Numbered from the stretch's first letter, positions 45,802 to 54,400 are shown. The stretch: DNA of 64,000 bases from an uncultured Ruminococcus sp. (GCA_902778145.1 CACYWW010000003.1:6633-70632); one strand, 5' to 3'. The notes: generated by a model from the sequence alone, not told the origin. Translations and numbers: made by a program.

Positions 45802-46677
45802 TCAGTCTTTCATACCGGACGACGCCATCGTCTCGATTATGTTGCTCTGCGATATGATGAATACCGTGACAGGTACGATCATCATGATGACCATCGCGGC
45901 GGTACTTGCGCCCGCGCGGACGATACCGGCGGAAAGTATCTGCTGTATGGCGTAGTTGAACGTTTTGAGCTGCTCGGACTGGATGTAGATCGAGGAACCG
46001 GTGTTCCACAGACCCTGGAACGAGTAGACTATCAGAGTCAGCCACGCGGGCTTGACCATCGGCATTGCGATGGACCAGAAGACTCTGAACTCACCCGCGC
46101 CGTCAAGACGCGCGGATTCGAGCGCCTCGTTCGAGACCGAGGAGTCCATGAACTGCTTCATCAGGTACAGACCCAGGGTCGAGCAGCACGCCGGCAGGAT
46201 TATCGCCAGCAGGTTGTCAACGAGTCCGAGGAACGAGAACGTGATGAAGTTTGCGATACCGGTGACCGTGGAAACGAACATAAGGGACAGAACTATCATC
46301 TGGAATATGCCTTTTCTTCCGGGGAACGGTATCTTCGAAAGCGCGTATGCCGCAAGCGAACCGAGACACAGGTTGCCGAACGTTCCGGCTACGGTGATAA
46401 GCACCGTGTTGAATATGTATCTCGAGAACGGGACCCACGACGTACTCATGAGTTTGAACAGGTCTGCGTAGTTCTTAAGCGTCGGGTTGATGACGTAGAA
46501 CTTAGGCGGGAAGATCCAGAGCTCGTCAAGCGGCTTCAGTGAAGTCATGACCGAGAAGTACATCGGTATGAACATCAGAACACCGAGTATGACAAGCATT
46601 ACAGTGATACCCGCGTCGCCTCCGGCAGAACGGTTAAGGACGACTTTATGGTTTCTTACACGCATTTTTCTTGCCAT
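45802..46677 (-). CDS. Carbohydrate-type ABC transporter permease (MalG-like), pair 1
   Basis: 291 aa. EAA loop ESARLDGAGEFRVFWSIAMP. 1-nt gap to the upstream gene. Confidence 0.88.
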   Translation of the reverse strand: MARKMRVRNHKVVLNRSAGGDAGITVMLVILGVLMFIPMYFSVMTSLKPLDELWIFPPKFYVINPTLKNYADLFKLMSTSWVPFSRYIFNTVLITVAGTFGNLCLGSLAAYALSKIPFPGRKGIFQMIVLSLMFVSTVTGIANFITFSFLGLVDNLLAIILPACCSTLGLYLMKQFMDSSVSNEALESARLDGAGEFRVFWSIAMPMVKPAWLTLIVYSFQGLWNTGSSIYIQSEQLKTFNYAIQQILSAGIVRAGASTAAMVIMMIVPVTVFIISQSNIIETMASSGMKD

Positions 46678-46678
46678 A

Positions 46679-47638
46679 TCACTGTCCCACCTTTGATAAG
46701 AGTTTCTTGATCAGCATGTTGGATCCTATCATCATCAGGAACAGGATCGTAGCGATCGCTGATGAATAACCGACCTCGAATCGCTGTCCGCCGTAGTCCT
46801 CCAGGTGATGCATGATAGTCCATGCGCAGTAGTCGACCGAGGGGAAACCGGCGAGCGCCGTGACTATGCCGCCGAAGCCGAACGAACCGGTGATGCTCAT
46901 GACGGCACCGAACATCAGCTGTTCCTTCATTGAAGGCAGCGTGATGTACCACAGCTCCTGCCAACGGTTTCTGACGCCGTCGAGCGCGCCCGCTTCGTAC
47001 AGGCTGTTATCGACGATCTGAAGACCGGCGATGAAGGAAAGGAACGTTGTACCGAGCGACGTCCACAGAGCGACTATTATACACAGCGGCATAACGTATT
47101 TCGCGTTCTGGAAGAACTGTATCGGCTCGGTTATGAAGTTGTACTCGATCAGAAGCGCGTTGACGTAACCGTAACGGTCCGACGAGAAGAATATACCGAA
47201 TATCTGGTACATCGAGCCTGCGATGGACGGAGCGTAGAATATAAGAGTTACGAACGCTCTCATCTTCGGAGGAAGCTCGTTTATGAACCATGCGACGAAC
47301 AGCGAGAGCAGGTACGAGACAGGTCCCGTAATGACAGCGAATATCAGCGTGTTCTGTATGGCGGTAAGGAATATATCGTCGTCAAGGAACAGTCTGACGT
47401 AGTTGTCAAGTCCCACGAATTTCGGCCATTCGAGCAGGTTGAAGGATGTGAAGCTCAGTATCATCGAAAGGAAGACCGGCACCACGGTGAAGACGAAGAA
47501 CAGAATGAAGAACGGAGCTATCATTATATAGCCTGCCTTGTTCTTTTTCATTTCCTTCCACGTCCACTGCGCCCGCGTCATATCCTTACGTGCCACCGGC
47601 TTGGCTTTTCTTTCTTTTACTGCCGTATTCTGTGACAT
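46679..47638 (-). CDS. Carbohydrate-type ABC transporter permease (MalF/LplB-like), pair 1
   Basis: 319 aa. Motif YEAGALDGVRNRWQELWYITLP. AGGAGA SD. Confidence 0.88.
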   Translation of the reverse strand: MSQNTAVKERKAKPVARKDMTRAQWTWKEMKKNKAGYIMIAPFFILFFVFTVVPVFLSMILSFTSFNLLEWPKFVGLDNYVRLFLDDDIFLTAIQNTLIFAVITGPVSYLLSLFVAWFINELPPKMRAFVTLIFYAPSIAGSMYQIFGIFFSSDRYGYVNALLIEYNFITEPIQFFQNAKYVMPLCIIVALWTSLGTTFLSFIAGLQIVDNSLYEAGALDGVRNRWQELWYITLPSMKEQLMFGAVMSITGSFGFGGIVTALAGFPSVDYCAWTIMHHLEDYGGQRFEVGYSSAIATILFLMMIGSNMLIKKLLSKVGQ

Positions 47639-47697
47639 GTTAGATTATCTCCTGTTTAAGATTTTGCCGTAATACTATATGAATCTATATTATATTA

Positions 47698-50600
47698 TCA
47701 ATCGAACCACTCGGGATGAGCTTCCTCATTCTGAGCTTTATAGTCTTCATACGTTATCAGACCGAATTCTTTACGCTTACGCGACAGCTCATTGTTGATG
47801 TACTGTATCTGGTCAAGCAGTGAGTTCGTCGAATCGGCGTTGTTGTTGTAGCAGTTCAGGAACGCGAAGTCTACGTAACGGGTTATGATGTAACCGCCCG
47901 GGAATTCCGGCGTGCCCTTGAGGTGCTCGAACTGAGCTTCAAGGTTCTTTCTCTCGGAGTTCGTCCAGGACATGTTGCGGAGAGCCTCGGTGTTGGCAGT
48001 GTTGAATTTCGCCGCCATACCGACTATCGCTTCATACTGCTTCGCATACGTGGACTGAGCCTCGGCTCCCGTCCACCATTTCATGAATTCCCAGCAATTC
48101 TTACGGAGCTCATCGGATCTGCCCTTCTTGTCTCTCATAAGGACAGTCGCCGCAACAGAGCAGGGCGCGTTGCTGTTTATCTTGACGGTACCGTCGTCAT
48201 TGTACAGGGTCTTGCCGTTTTCATCGGTCTCGATCGTTCCGGGAAGCAGGGTGAATTCCCAGAGTCCGCGGAGCTCTGTCGCGTAGATCGTGAACTGGTT
48301 GTAGGTCAGGTAGTCAGCAACCGCGATCGGCATCTCGCCCATTCTGAAGTATGTTGCGAGGTCGTATGCGCGCGGGAACTTGAACACCTGGAACAGCGTT
48401 ACCAGCTCTTCGAAGCACTGCAGCGAGACTTTTGAGTCAATGTTTATCCGCATGCCGTCCATCACGCCGTCGCCGTTGATATCGGAATACAGGTCTTCAC
48501 CGCGCTGATACATCAGCATCTGAAGACCGCCGAGGCTCGACGGGAACCCGACCATACGGTAATTTATCTGAAGGGTGGGAACTATATCATAGAGATCACG
48601 CCACGTCTGCGGAACTTCGAGATCGAGCTCCGCGAATATGTCTTTGCGATAGAACAGCATCGAGAAACCGAGTCTTTCGGGGATGCCGTAATAAATGTAG
48701 TTTGTCGGGCTCTCCGGGTCTTCGAGCCTGAGTCCTACGAGCGCCTGATCACTGAAGCGCTGATCGCATATATCGAGATAGTCGGAATAAAGGTTATCGG
48801 CGCCGTCTGCGGTCTTGTACAGCGGTTCGACCGCGCTTCTTATCGCGTAGTTGATAACATCCGACTGACCCATAGCAAGTGAGATATCGGGACCGTCGCC
48901 CGCAAGCGTCGCGGGAAGCAGCGTGCCGCCGGCAACGAGCTTCAGGTTGACCTTTACGGGGCAGGTAAGGTCGATCATCTCACGCATGACCTGAGCCTCC
49001 TCACGGCTCGTGGAGATCCAGACCTCAACAGCCTCGGCGTCGTTGTTGTCCTCGACGGAGCCGAGTGAGTTGTAGTCCGTGAAGAAGCTTGCGAAGAACG
49101 CCTTGACCTCAAAGGCGAACGAACGCCAGAAGCCCGCCGTTCCTCTCGGATAAGCCTTCGTGCTCTTCGCCGCGGGCTGGAGAGTGATGTAGTCGACGTT
49201 CAGCGCCTGGAGCTTCGTGTTCATGATCCAGGTGCCGAGATAACCGGTGTTGACCTTGAGGTTCGCCAGGTTCTTCGCGATCTCGGATTCCTTGCTGCTC
49301 ATCTTGCCGAGCAGGTACGCTATCTTTTCAAGCGTCGCTATATCCGACGCGGATTTACCGCCGAGTATCTTCTTGAACTGATCCGCCACTTCCTGGATCT
49401 TGTTCTGCGTCGATCTCATGAGGATGATCGTATCGTAGATCGTCGCGGCGAAGTCGTACGACGTATATTCGTCGGGGTTCGGACCGGTGATCCTGATGAT
49501 GGACTGATATATGGAGTTCATATCGTTGATGCAGTCCTGGATCTGACGGAGCGTGCCGGACATATTGCCGTAACCGACCTCCATCTTTATCGAAACGTCC
49601 TTGCCCGCCTCAAAATAGAATTTGAGATCCTGCGTGCCGTCGTTCAGAGGCGTGCACTGCCAGTCGTCGGAATAGTTGAACTGTAACCTGGTGCAGTTTT
49701 CGAACGGGATCTTTCCGTTGATATAAAGCACACGGGAAACGTACAGACCTTCACGTATGGACTGCTTGAATCTCGGGACGATGTAATAATAACCGCTTTC
49801 GGTTATCTCGCTGCCCGGGATCGTCCATTCGATCCACTGACCGAACGTCTGCCATTTGCTGTCGCCAATGGTGTTCAGCAGCTGCTTGGAAGCGTGCTGC
49901 GGTTCCGTGATCGCCGACGTTCTGTCGTTTATGGCGTAGATCGTGAGGTCGGATTCGGAGGTGGGCGTCTCGGCCTGGACCTTCGGCGCGTTCGCGTTCG
50001 CGGAAGCGTCCTGCGAGCCGTTCGCCTGCAGGTATTCCTCGTAAGTGGGGAGCCCCGCGTACGGCTCAACGTAGATCTCCGAGATGATGATGTCGTTCAT
50101 CGTCGCGTTGAAGGAGATCGTGTGCTTGCCGGCGCTCAGCGCGTATTTGAGAGGCTGAAGCTCGAAGCCCTGCGAATCCATCAGATAAGATTCCGACCAC
50201 TCATAGACCTGTATCTTCTGCGGTTTCTTTTCGTTTCCGTTCTTGTCGGGTGTGAAGCCCTGCGTACCGTCGTCACGCTTCATATCCGCGTTATAATCGT
50301 CTACGAATTTTCTCGTAAATTCGTAATAATACGACTCACTGAACGGAGCCTTACCGTCAACGAAGAACTCACGTTTTATATTCGATGTGTTGATGTTCTT
50401 CGTTTCATACGGCTTGTAGACGATGCGTACGACGTAATACCCGGTCTCGGGAACGTCTATCTCCCACGTCGTCAAGCCGGCTTCGGGCATATGAAGGACG
50501 GCTCCCTTTTCGGGATCCTGCAAGACTTCGACCGTCATGTCGGCGTAATCGGCGTCGGGCTCAAACACATAGCCTTCAGCCGCCGTGACCTTGACGCCCG

Positions 50601-50811
50601 AGCCGGACGCATCCTTCCAGCCCTGCAAATCCTTCTCGTTCTTGTAGGTAAAGTAATTCTCGCTGTAAAGATATTCCTTTACCTGATCCATGGTCGTCTT
50701 TTCGGTCTTCTTCACCTCAGTGCCGGTGTCAGACGCGCAGACGCCCGTAGGGATCAGCATCAGTACCGCTAGAAGGACCGCGAGTACCTTTGCCGTTTTG
50801 GGTGATCTCAT
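47698..50811 (-). CDS. Giant extracellular solute-binding protein: signal peptide plus two CBM-like beta-sandwich modules plus helical spacer plus C-terminal family-1 SBP fold
   Basis: The start is probably the second ATG at 50811, because the AGGAGG SD lies only 2 nt from the first ATG at 50817. The C-terminal roughly 450 aa has SBP hallmarks (VEVWISTS..., GPDISLAMG, FMKWWTGAEAQ). The N-terminal half carries duplicated GYY(V/I)V...(V/I)(D/N)GK(A/I)PF modules. Confidence 0.75.
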   Translation of the reverse strand: MRSPKTAKVLAVLLAVLMLIPTGVCASDTGTEVKKTEKTTMDQVKEYLYSENYFTYKNEKDLQGWKDASGSGVKVTAAEGYVFEPDADYADMTVEVLQDPEKGAVLHMPEAGLTTWEIDVPETGYYVVRIVYKPYETKNINTSNIKREFFVDGKAPFSESYYYEFTRKFVDDYNADMKRDDGTQGFTPDKNGNEKKPQKIQVYEWSESYLMDSQGFELQPLKYALSAGKHTISFNATMNDIIISEIYVEPYAGLPTYEEYLQANGSQDASANANAPKVQAETPTSESDLTIYAINDRTSAITEPQHASKQLLNTIGDSKWQTFGQWIEWTIPGSEITESGYYYIVPRFKQSIREGLYVSRVLYINGKIPFENCTRLQFNYSDDWQCTPLNDGTQDLKFYFEAGKDVSIKMEVGYGNMSGTLRQIQDCINDMNSIYQSIIRITGPNPDEYTSYDFAATIYDTIILMRSTQNKIQEVADQFKKILGGKSASDIATLEKIAYLLGKMSSKESEIAKNLANLKVNTGYLGTWIMNTKLQALNVDYITLQPAAKSTKAYPRGTAGFWRSFAFEVKAFFASFFTDYNSLGSVEDNNDAEAVEVWISTSREEAQVMREMIDLTCPVKVNLKLVAGGTLLPATLAGDGPDISLAMGQSDVINYAIRSAVEPLYKTADGADNLYSDYLDICDQRFSDQALVGLRLEDPESPTNYIYYGIPERLGFSMLFYRKDIFAELDLEVPQTWRDLYDIVPTLQINYRMVGFPSSLGGLQMLMYQRGEDLYSDINGDGVMDGMRINIDSKVSLQCFEELVTLFQVFKFPRAYDLATYFRMGEMPIAVADYLTYNQFTIYATELRGLWEFTLLPGTIETDENGKTLYNDDGTVKINSNAPCSVAATVLMRDKKGRSDELRKNCWEFMKWWTGAEAQSTYAKQYEAIVGMAAKFNTANTEALRNMSWTNSERKNLEAQFEHLKGTPEFPGGYIITRYVDFAFLNCYNNNADSTNSLLDQIQYINNELSRKRKEFGLITYEDYKAQNEEAHPEWFD

Positions 50812-50908
50812 TAGCATTTCCTCCTGATGAATATCCGAAGTGCCGTCATTATGACGGTATCCGTTAACACGCGGCGCAACGAGAAATCGCGCGTGTAATT
50901 TTATATAT

Positions 50909-50937
50909 AATATAACACAAGATTTTTATGTTGTCAA
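50909..50937 (-). promoter_or_regulatory. Sigma-A type promoter (TTGACA-N17-TATATT) of the seven-gene ABC operon
   Basis: The reverse complement reads ctcTTGACAacataaaaatcttgtgtTATATTat. It leaves a roughly 85-nt leader containing two hairpins (ACACGCG/CGCGTGT and CCGTCA/TGACGG). Confidence 0.6.
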
Positions 50938-51197
50938 GAGAGGTTTTTTTAACACGATTTTCCTCTTTTTATCAGACTGCTTTCACATTTACGCCGTATT
51001 GCGGCATCATCCGGGTTTTGTGTATTTTTTCAAGTTAAAAAAATATGCGAAATTTTGAAGCAGAAAACAGGATTTTTGATCTTTCAGGCCGCCGCTTTGT
51101 ATCTTTTCACTGTCATCATATAAAACTTTTAAGTCTGATTTTATTAAATTATTTTAAAATCGGGTATGTCAATATGATAAAAACGCGAGTCGACTTT

Positions 51198-51254
51198 TTG
51201 TGCAACATGCACAAATTCGGCGTTGAAATTTCTCCATTTGTGAGTTTTGCACAA
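51198..51254. promoter_or_regulatory. Two TTGTGCA-N3-TGCACAA type palindromes (candidate operator pair)
   Basis: A perfect 7-3-7 palindrome, ttgtgcaacatgcacaa, lies at 51198..51214. An imperfect copy, ttgtgagttttgcacaa, lies at 51238..51254. The centres are 40 bp apart, just upstream of the GNAT promoter. Confidence 0.4.
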
Positions 51255-51290
51255 ATTTTTCATTTTTGCCCGTTTTTCGGCAAAAAAGGC

Positions 51291-51319
51291 TTTACAAAAC
51301 GCCCGTCCGGGGATATAAT
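51291..51319 (+). promoter_or_regulatory. Sigma-A type promoter (TTTACA-N17-TATAAT) of the GNAT gene
   Basis: cTTTACAaaacgcccgtccggggaTATAATg. It lies inside the long ORF-track frame, which argues for the downstream start at 51348. Confidence 0.6.
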
Positions 51320-51347
51320 GTTGAAAAACCATCGGATAAGAAACGGT

Positions 51348-51938
51348 ATGAAAAAAGAAGCTGTCATAAGAAGATTCAAACGGATACCGGACATAAACAC
51401 CGAACGGCTCCTGCTGCGCCGCATGCGCCCGGAGGACTGCGCGGACATGTACGAGTATTCGAAGCGCGACGACGTTACGGAATATCTCCTCTGGTCGCCG
51501 CACCCGAACAGGATACATACGAAAAAATATCTTGAATATATAAAAACGCGCTACGATGACGGCGAATTCTACGACTGGGCGATAGAGCTGAAATCGGAGG
51601 GAAAGATGATCGGCACCTGCGGCTTCTCTTCCTTCGATTTCGTCAACAACTCCGCCGAGGTCGGCTACGTCATAAATCCCGCGTATCAGAGGCACGGCTA
51701 CGCGCCGGAGGCCCTGCTTGAGGTCATGATGTTCGGCTTCATGGAGCTGAACCTCCACAGGATCGAGGCGAAGTACATGGACGGAAACGACGCGTCGCGC
51801 AAGGTCATGGACAAGCTCGGCATGAAATACGAGGGCTGCGCGCGCTCATCCATGTTCGTCAAGGGCAAGTACCGCTCTATCCACACATGCGCGATCCTGA
51901 GCGACGAATTCATTAAAAGATATTTAAAATCCGAGTAG
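51348..51938 (+). CDS. GNAT family N-acetyltransferase (RimJ/RimL-like)
   Basis: About 196 aa from MKKEAVIRRFKRIPDINTERLLLRRM.... Acetyl-CoA-binding region QRHGYAPEALLEVM. The alternative start is 51318. The 300-nt in-frame upstream extension was rejected. Confidence 0.8.
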   Translation: MKKEAVIRRFKRIPDINTERLLLRRMRPEDCADMYEYSKRDDVTEYLLWSPHPNRIHTKKYLEYIKTRYDDGEFYDWAIELKSEGKMIGTCGFSSFDFVNNSAEVGYVINPAYQRHGYAPEALLEVMMFGFMELNLHRIEAKYMDGNDASRKVMDKLGMKYEGCARSSMFVKGKYRSIHTCAILSDEFIKRYLKSE

Positions 51939-51974
51939 TGGAATTCTTAACACTATAGTGGTAGTATAAACAGG

Positions 51975-52080
51975 AAATAAATATTGGGGAGCTGGGGTGA
52001 GATACCCGGCTGAGAGGAAACGAAGTTTCGACCCTGCCTGATCCGGATAATGCCGGCGTAGGTAAATGAGTATCGGAAAC
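51975..52080 (+). promoter_or_regulatory. TPP (THI-box) riboswitch
   Basis: Conserved core GGGGAGC...GCTGAGAG...ACCC...CCTGATCCGGATAATGCCGGCGTAGG at 51986..52066. It lies upstream of a thiamine transporter gene. The outer boundaries are approximate. Confidence 0.9.
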
Positions 52081-52092
52081 CGAGAAAATAAA

Positions 52093-52120
52093 AACGCCGC
52101 GTATTCACGCGGCGTTTATT
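52093..52120 (+). terminator. Riboswitch expression-platform terminator
   Basis: AACGCCGCG-tattca-CGCGGCGTT followed by tattatt, 40 nt before the thiT ATG. Confidence 0.8.
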
Positions 52121-52160
52121 ATTCTCCGCCCTCTTTCTCCCGGAAGAAAGGAACAAAAAA

Positions 52161-52871
52161 ATGTCAGAACAAACACAGTCAACACATCCTCAGAACAAAG
52201 AGCGCACGCGCGTCCTCGTTGAATGCGCCGCGTTGATCGCGCTCGGCACGGTGCTTTCGCTCATCAAGATACCGATCGGTCATCTCGGCGGAAGCGTAAC
52301 GCTTTTCTCCGCCCTGCCGCTGGTGATAATCTGCTACCGCCACGGCGTGAAGTGGGGCTTTGCGTCAACTCTGATCTATTCGATCCTTCAGATGCTCGTG
52401 GACATTCCCACCGTCGTCAAGCTTTTCGCCCCGGGCGAAGGGCTCAAATGGTATCTGGCGCTCGTCTCCATCATGCTCGATTATCTCGTCGCGTTCACCG
52501 TTATCGGCGTCGCCTCGCTGTTCTCGAAAATGAAGCATCCGACGGCGGCTTTGACTGTAGGCGCGCTCGTCGGTATGGTCTGCCGCTATATCTCCCATTT
52601 CTTCTCCGGATGGATCCTTTACGGCGCGTGGGCAGGCTGGTACTTCGACGCCGCCGAGGAGGGCAGCTTTGCGAGTCAGAGCGAAGGAGCGGCGAAATTC
52701 AGCGCGTGGGTGCTTGAGCATTTCGGCTCCGGTCAGGGACTCGCGGCATTCTACTCGGCGTTCTACAACGGTCTTTACATGATCCCGGAGATCATCCTCA
52801 CTGTGATCGGCGCCGCGGCGGTGTCCGCCATCCCGTTCATCGCTAACCGTGAAAGCAGACTGAAGATCTGA
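52161..52871 (+). CDS. thiT: Thiamine transporter ThiT/YuaJ-like (ECF S-component type)
   Basis: 236 aa, about 6 TM segments. Preceded by the TPP riboswitch. The N-terminal ...ECAALIALGTVLSLIKIP... segment is typical of this family. Confidence 0.8.
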   Translation: MSEQTQSTHPQNKERTRVLVECAALIALGTVLSLIKIPIGHLGGSVTLFSALPLVIICYRHGVKWGFASTLIYSILQMLVDIPTVVKLFAPGEGLKWYLALVSIMLDYLVAFTVIGVASLFSKMKHPTAALTVGALVGMVCRYISHFFSGWILYGAWAGWYFDAAEEGSFASQSEGAAKFSAWVLEHFGSGQGLAAFYSAFYNGLYMIPEIILTVIGAAAVSAIPFIANRESRLKI

Positions 52872-52874
52872 TGA

Positions 52875-53432
52875 TCATTTGAAGAAATCAACGATCCCGT
52901 TATATATGCCCTGCGCATATGAGGCGGGATCGTTGTTCATTTTCGCCGCCTCTCCGGGGTTCGTGATAAAGCCCATTTCAATCAGCGTCGCCGGCATCGC
53001 GGTCTTTCTGAGAACATACAGCGTCGGACGCGCGAAAACCCCTCTTGACACGGTGCCGGTCATGTTGTATAATCCTTTCAGGATACTTTGAGAAAATGCG
53101 TACGCGGGCGAGGAAAGCGAGTAGACGTAGCCCTCGCTGCCGGTCGCCCCGGCATTATCCGACGCGTTGCAGTGAAGGCTGATGAACCAGTCGGCGCCCC
53201 ATTCGTTCGCCGCGCGGGTTCGGGCGGATAACGACGAAGCGTTGCTCGTTCCGAGTATCTCGTCGGGCGAGGTGCGCGAGGTGATGCTGTCGAAGCCCGG
53301 ATCGGCATTGAGAAGATCCCTTACTCTTATCCCGATCTTATAAGTCAGATCCGCCTCCTGCAGACCGTTCCCCTCCGCGCCGGAGTTCGGGTTTCTCGGA
53401 TTGTGTCCCTGATCTATGAATATTTTTATCAT
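52875..53432 (-). CDS. N-acetylmuramoyl-L-alanine amidase (Amidase_3), catalytic domain only
   Basis: The start was moved to the third of three tandem ATGs (53432), 6 nt after a GGAGA SD. Motifs MIKIFIDQGHN, ISLHCNA and LIEMGFITN. No signal peptide or wall-binding domain. Confidence 0.82.
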   Translation of the reverse strand: MIKIFIDQGHNPRNPNSGAEGNGLQEADLTYKIGIRVRDLLNADPGFDSITSRTSPDEILGTSNASSLSARTRAANEWGADWFISLHCNASDNAGATGSEGYVYSLSSPAYAFSQSILKGLYNMTGTVSRGVFARPTLYVLRKTAMPATLIEMGFITNPGEAAKMNNDPASYAQGIYNGIVDFFK

Positions 53433-53482
53433 CATCATTCTCCGTTTGTTTTTTACCATTATATGTAAAAGGAGCTTTTGCC

Positions 53483-54175
53483 GTGAGTACGAAAACTGAT
53501 ATTCTTTTGTCGGATCTGCGCAAATGCGCGGAAAAATACGGTATGATACGGGAAGGCGACCGCGTGCTCTGCGCCGTATCCGGCGGCAAGGATTCGCTCG
53601 CACTTTCGTACGGGCTGAAACGGCTTTCCGCGTTCTATCCGCAAAGCTTCAGCGTCGCCGCCGTTACGGTGGATATGGGCTTTGACGTCGATCTCTCCCC
53701 TCTTCGCGATTTTATGGAACGCGAGGACATACCTTACGAAATAATAAGGACCGATATAGGCAAGGCGATAGACGGACTTGAAAAGCCGTGTTCCCTCTGC
53801 GCCAGACTGCGCCGCGCCGCGCTCTGCAATTACGCCTCCGAAAACGGTTTTGCAAAGCTGGCGCTCGGTCACACCGAGGACGACGCGGCGGAAACGGCGC
53901 TCATGAATCTGCTTTTCGGCGGACGTATATACACGCTCGAACCGACGACGGTATACGAGGATAAGGCGTTGACGCTGATACGCCCGCTCCTTCTGACGAA
54001 CGAGAGGCTGATCTCTTCCCTGTCAAAAGAGCTCAGTCTTCCCGTATTGAAAAATCCCTGCGGACGCGAGAGCGATTCCGCAAGGGATTACGTCAGGGAT
54101 TTAATAAAAAACACTGACAAAACCTGCCGCGGTACCGCGCACAGGATCGCGAAGGCTTACGGTCTGTCCGGATGA
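53483..54175 (+). CDS. PP-loop ATPase, TtcA-family tRNA thiolation protein
   Basis: 230 aa. GTG start with an AAAAGGAG SD. PP-loop SGGKDS and CSLCARLRR motif. Confidence 0.75.
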   Translation: MSTKTDILLSDLRKCAEKYGMIREGDRVLCAVSGGKDSLALSYGLKRLSAFYPQSFSVAAVTVDMGFDVDLSPLRDFMEREDIPYEIIRTDIGKAIDGLEKPCSLCARLRRAALCNYASENGFAKLALGHTEDDAAETALMNLLFGGRIYTLEPTTVYEDKALTLIRPLLLTNERLISSLSKELSLPVLKNPCGRESDSARDYVRDLIKNTDKTCRGTAHRIAKAYGLSG

Positions 54176-54348
54176 TCCGTCTCCTTCGAGCCGCAGTTCT
54201 CACGGCAGATATGCGAGGACATACAGGTGAATCCGCCGTCCGTCCCGAGCTTTCGCCGCATTACTACGTTGCCGTCGAGCTTTGAACAGTATCTCTGCTT
54301 TATCTCGTAAAAGGGTACGCTTTCTTCTCTTTTTTCCGCGTTTTGCAT
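54157..54348 (-). CDS. Possible small Cys-containing protein (63 aa), uncertain
   Basis: ATG preceded by GAGGAGA-U7, but this SD is the 3' arm of the upstream terminator stem. Four Cys residues (YCSK..., FTCM, HICRENCG). Overlaps the ttcA-like 3' end by 19 nt in convergent orientation. Confidence 0.35.
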   Translation of the reverse strand: MQNAEKREESVPFYEIKQRYCSKLDGNVVMRRKLGTDGGFTCMSSHICRENCGSKETDHPDRP

Positions 54349-54400
54349 AAAAAAATCTCCTCATACCGGTTTTATACTATTTTACCCGGTGAGGAGATTT
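54349..54400. terminator. Strong bidirectional hairpin terminator
   Basis: aaatctcctca(ta)ccgg...ccggtgaggagattt forms a 15-bp stem. T/A runs flank it on both sides. It lies 15 nt after the stop of the nucleotidyltransferase-GalE gene. Confidence 0.8.

Noticed and set aside
50818-50908. Candidate catabolite-responsive element (cre) in the ABC operon leader (tgttaacggatacc)
   Set aside because: It has several mismatches to the TGWAANCGNTNWCA consensus at key positions and is not palindromic.
50895-50925. AT-rich TATATATAATATAA tract as a possible dif/Xer site
   Set aside because: It only superficially resembles the Firmicute dif consensus and lacks the flanking XerC/XerD arm sequences. It overlaps the -10 region of a good promoter.
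51045-51347. In-frame 101-codon N-terminal extension of the GNAT gene (ORF track start 51045)
   Set aside because: GNAT similarity begins at about 51348, and a consensus-like promoter (51291-51319) lies inside the extension. The peptide is Phe/Ile/Lys-rich with no fold-like pattern. The absence of stops in such AT-rich DNA is odd, so it is flagged in the findings as a possible gene remnant.
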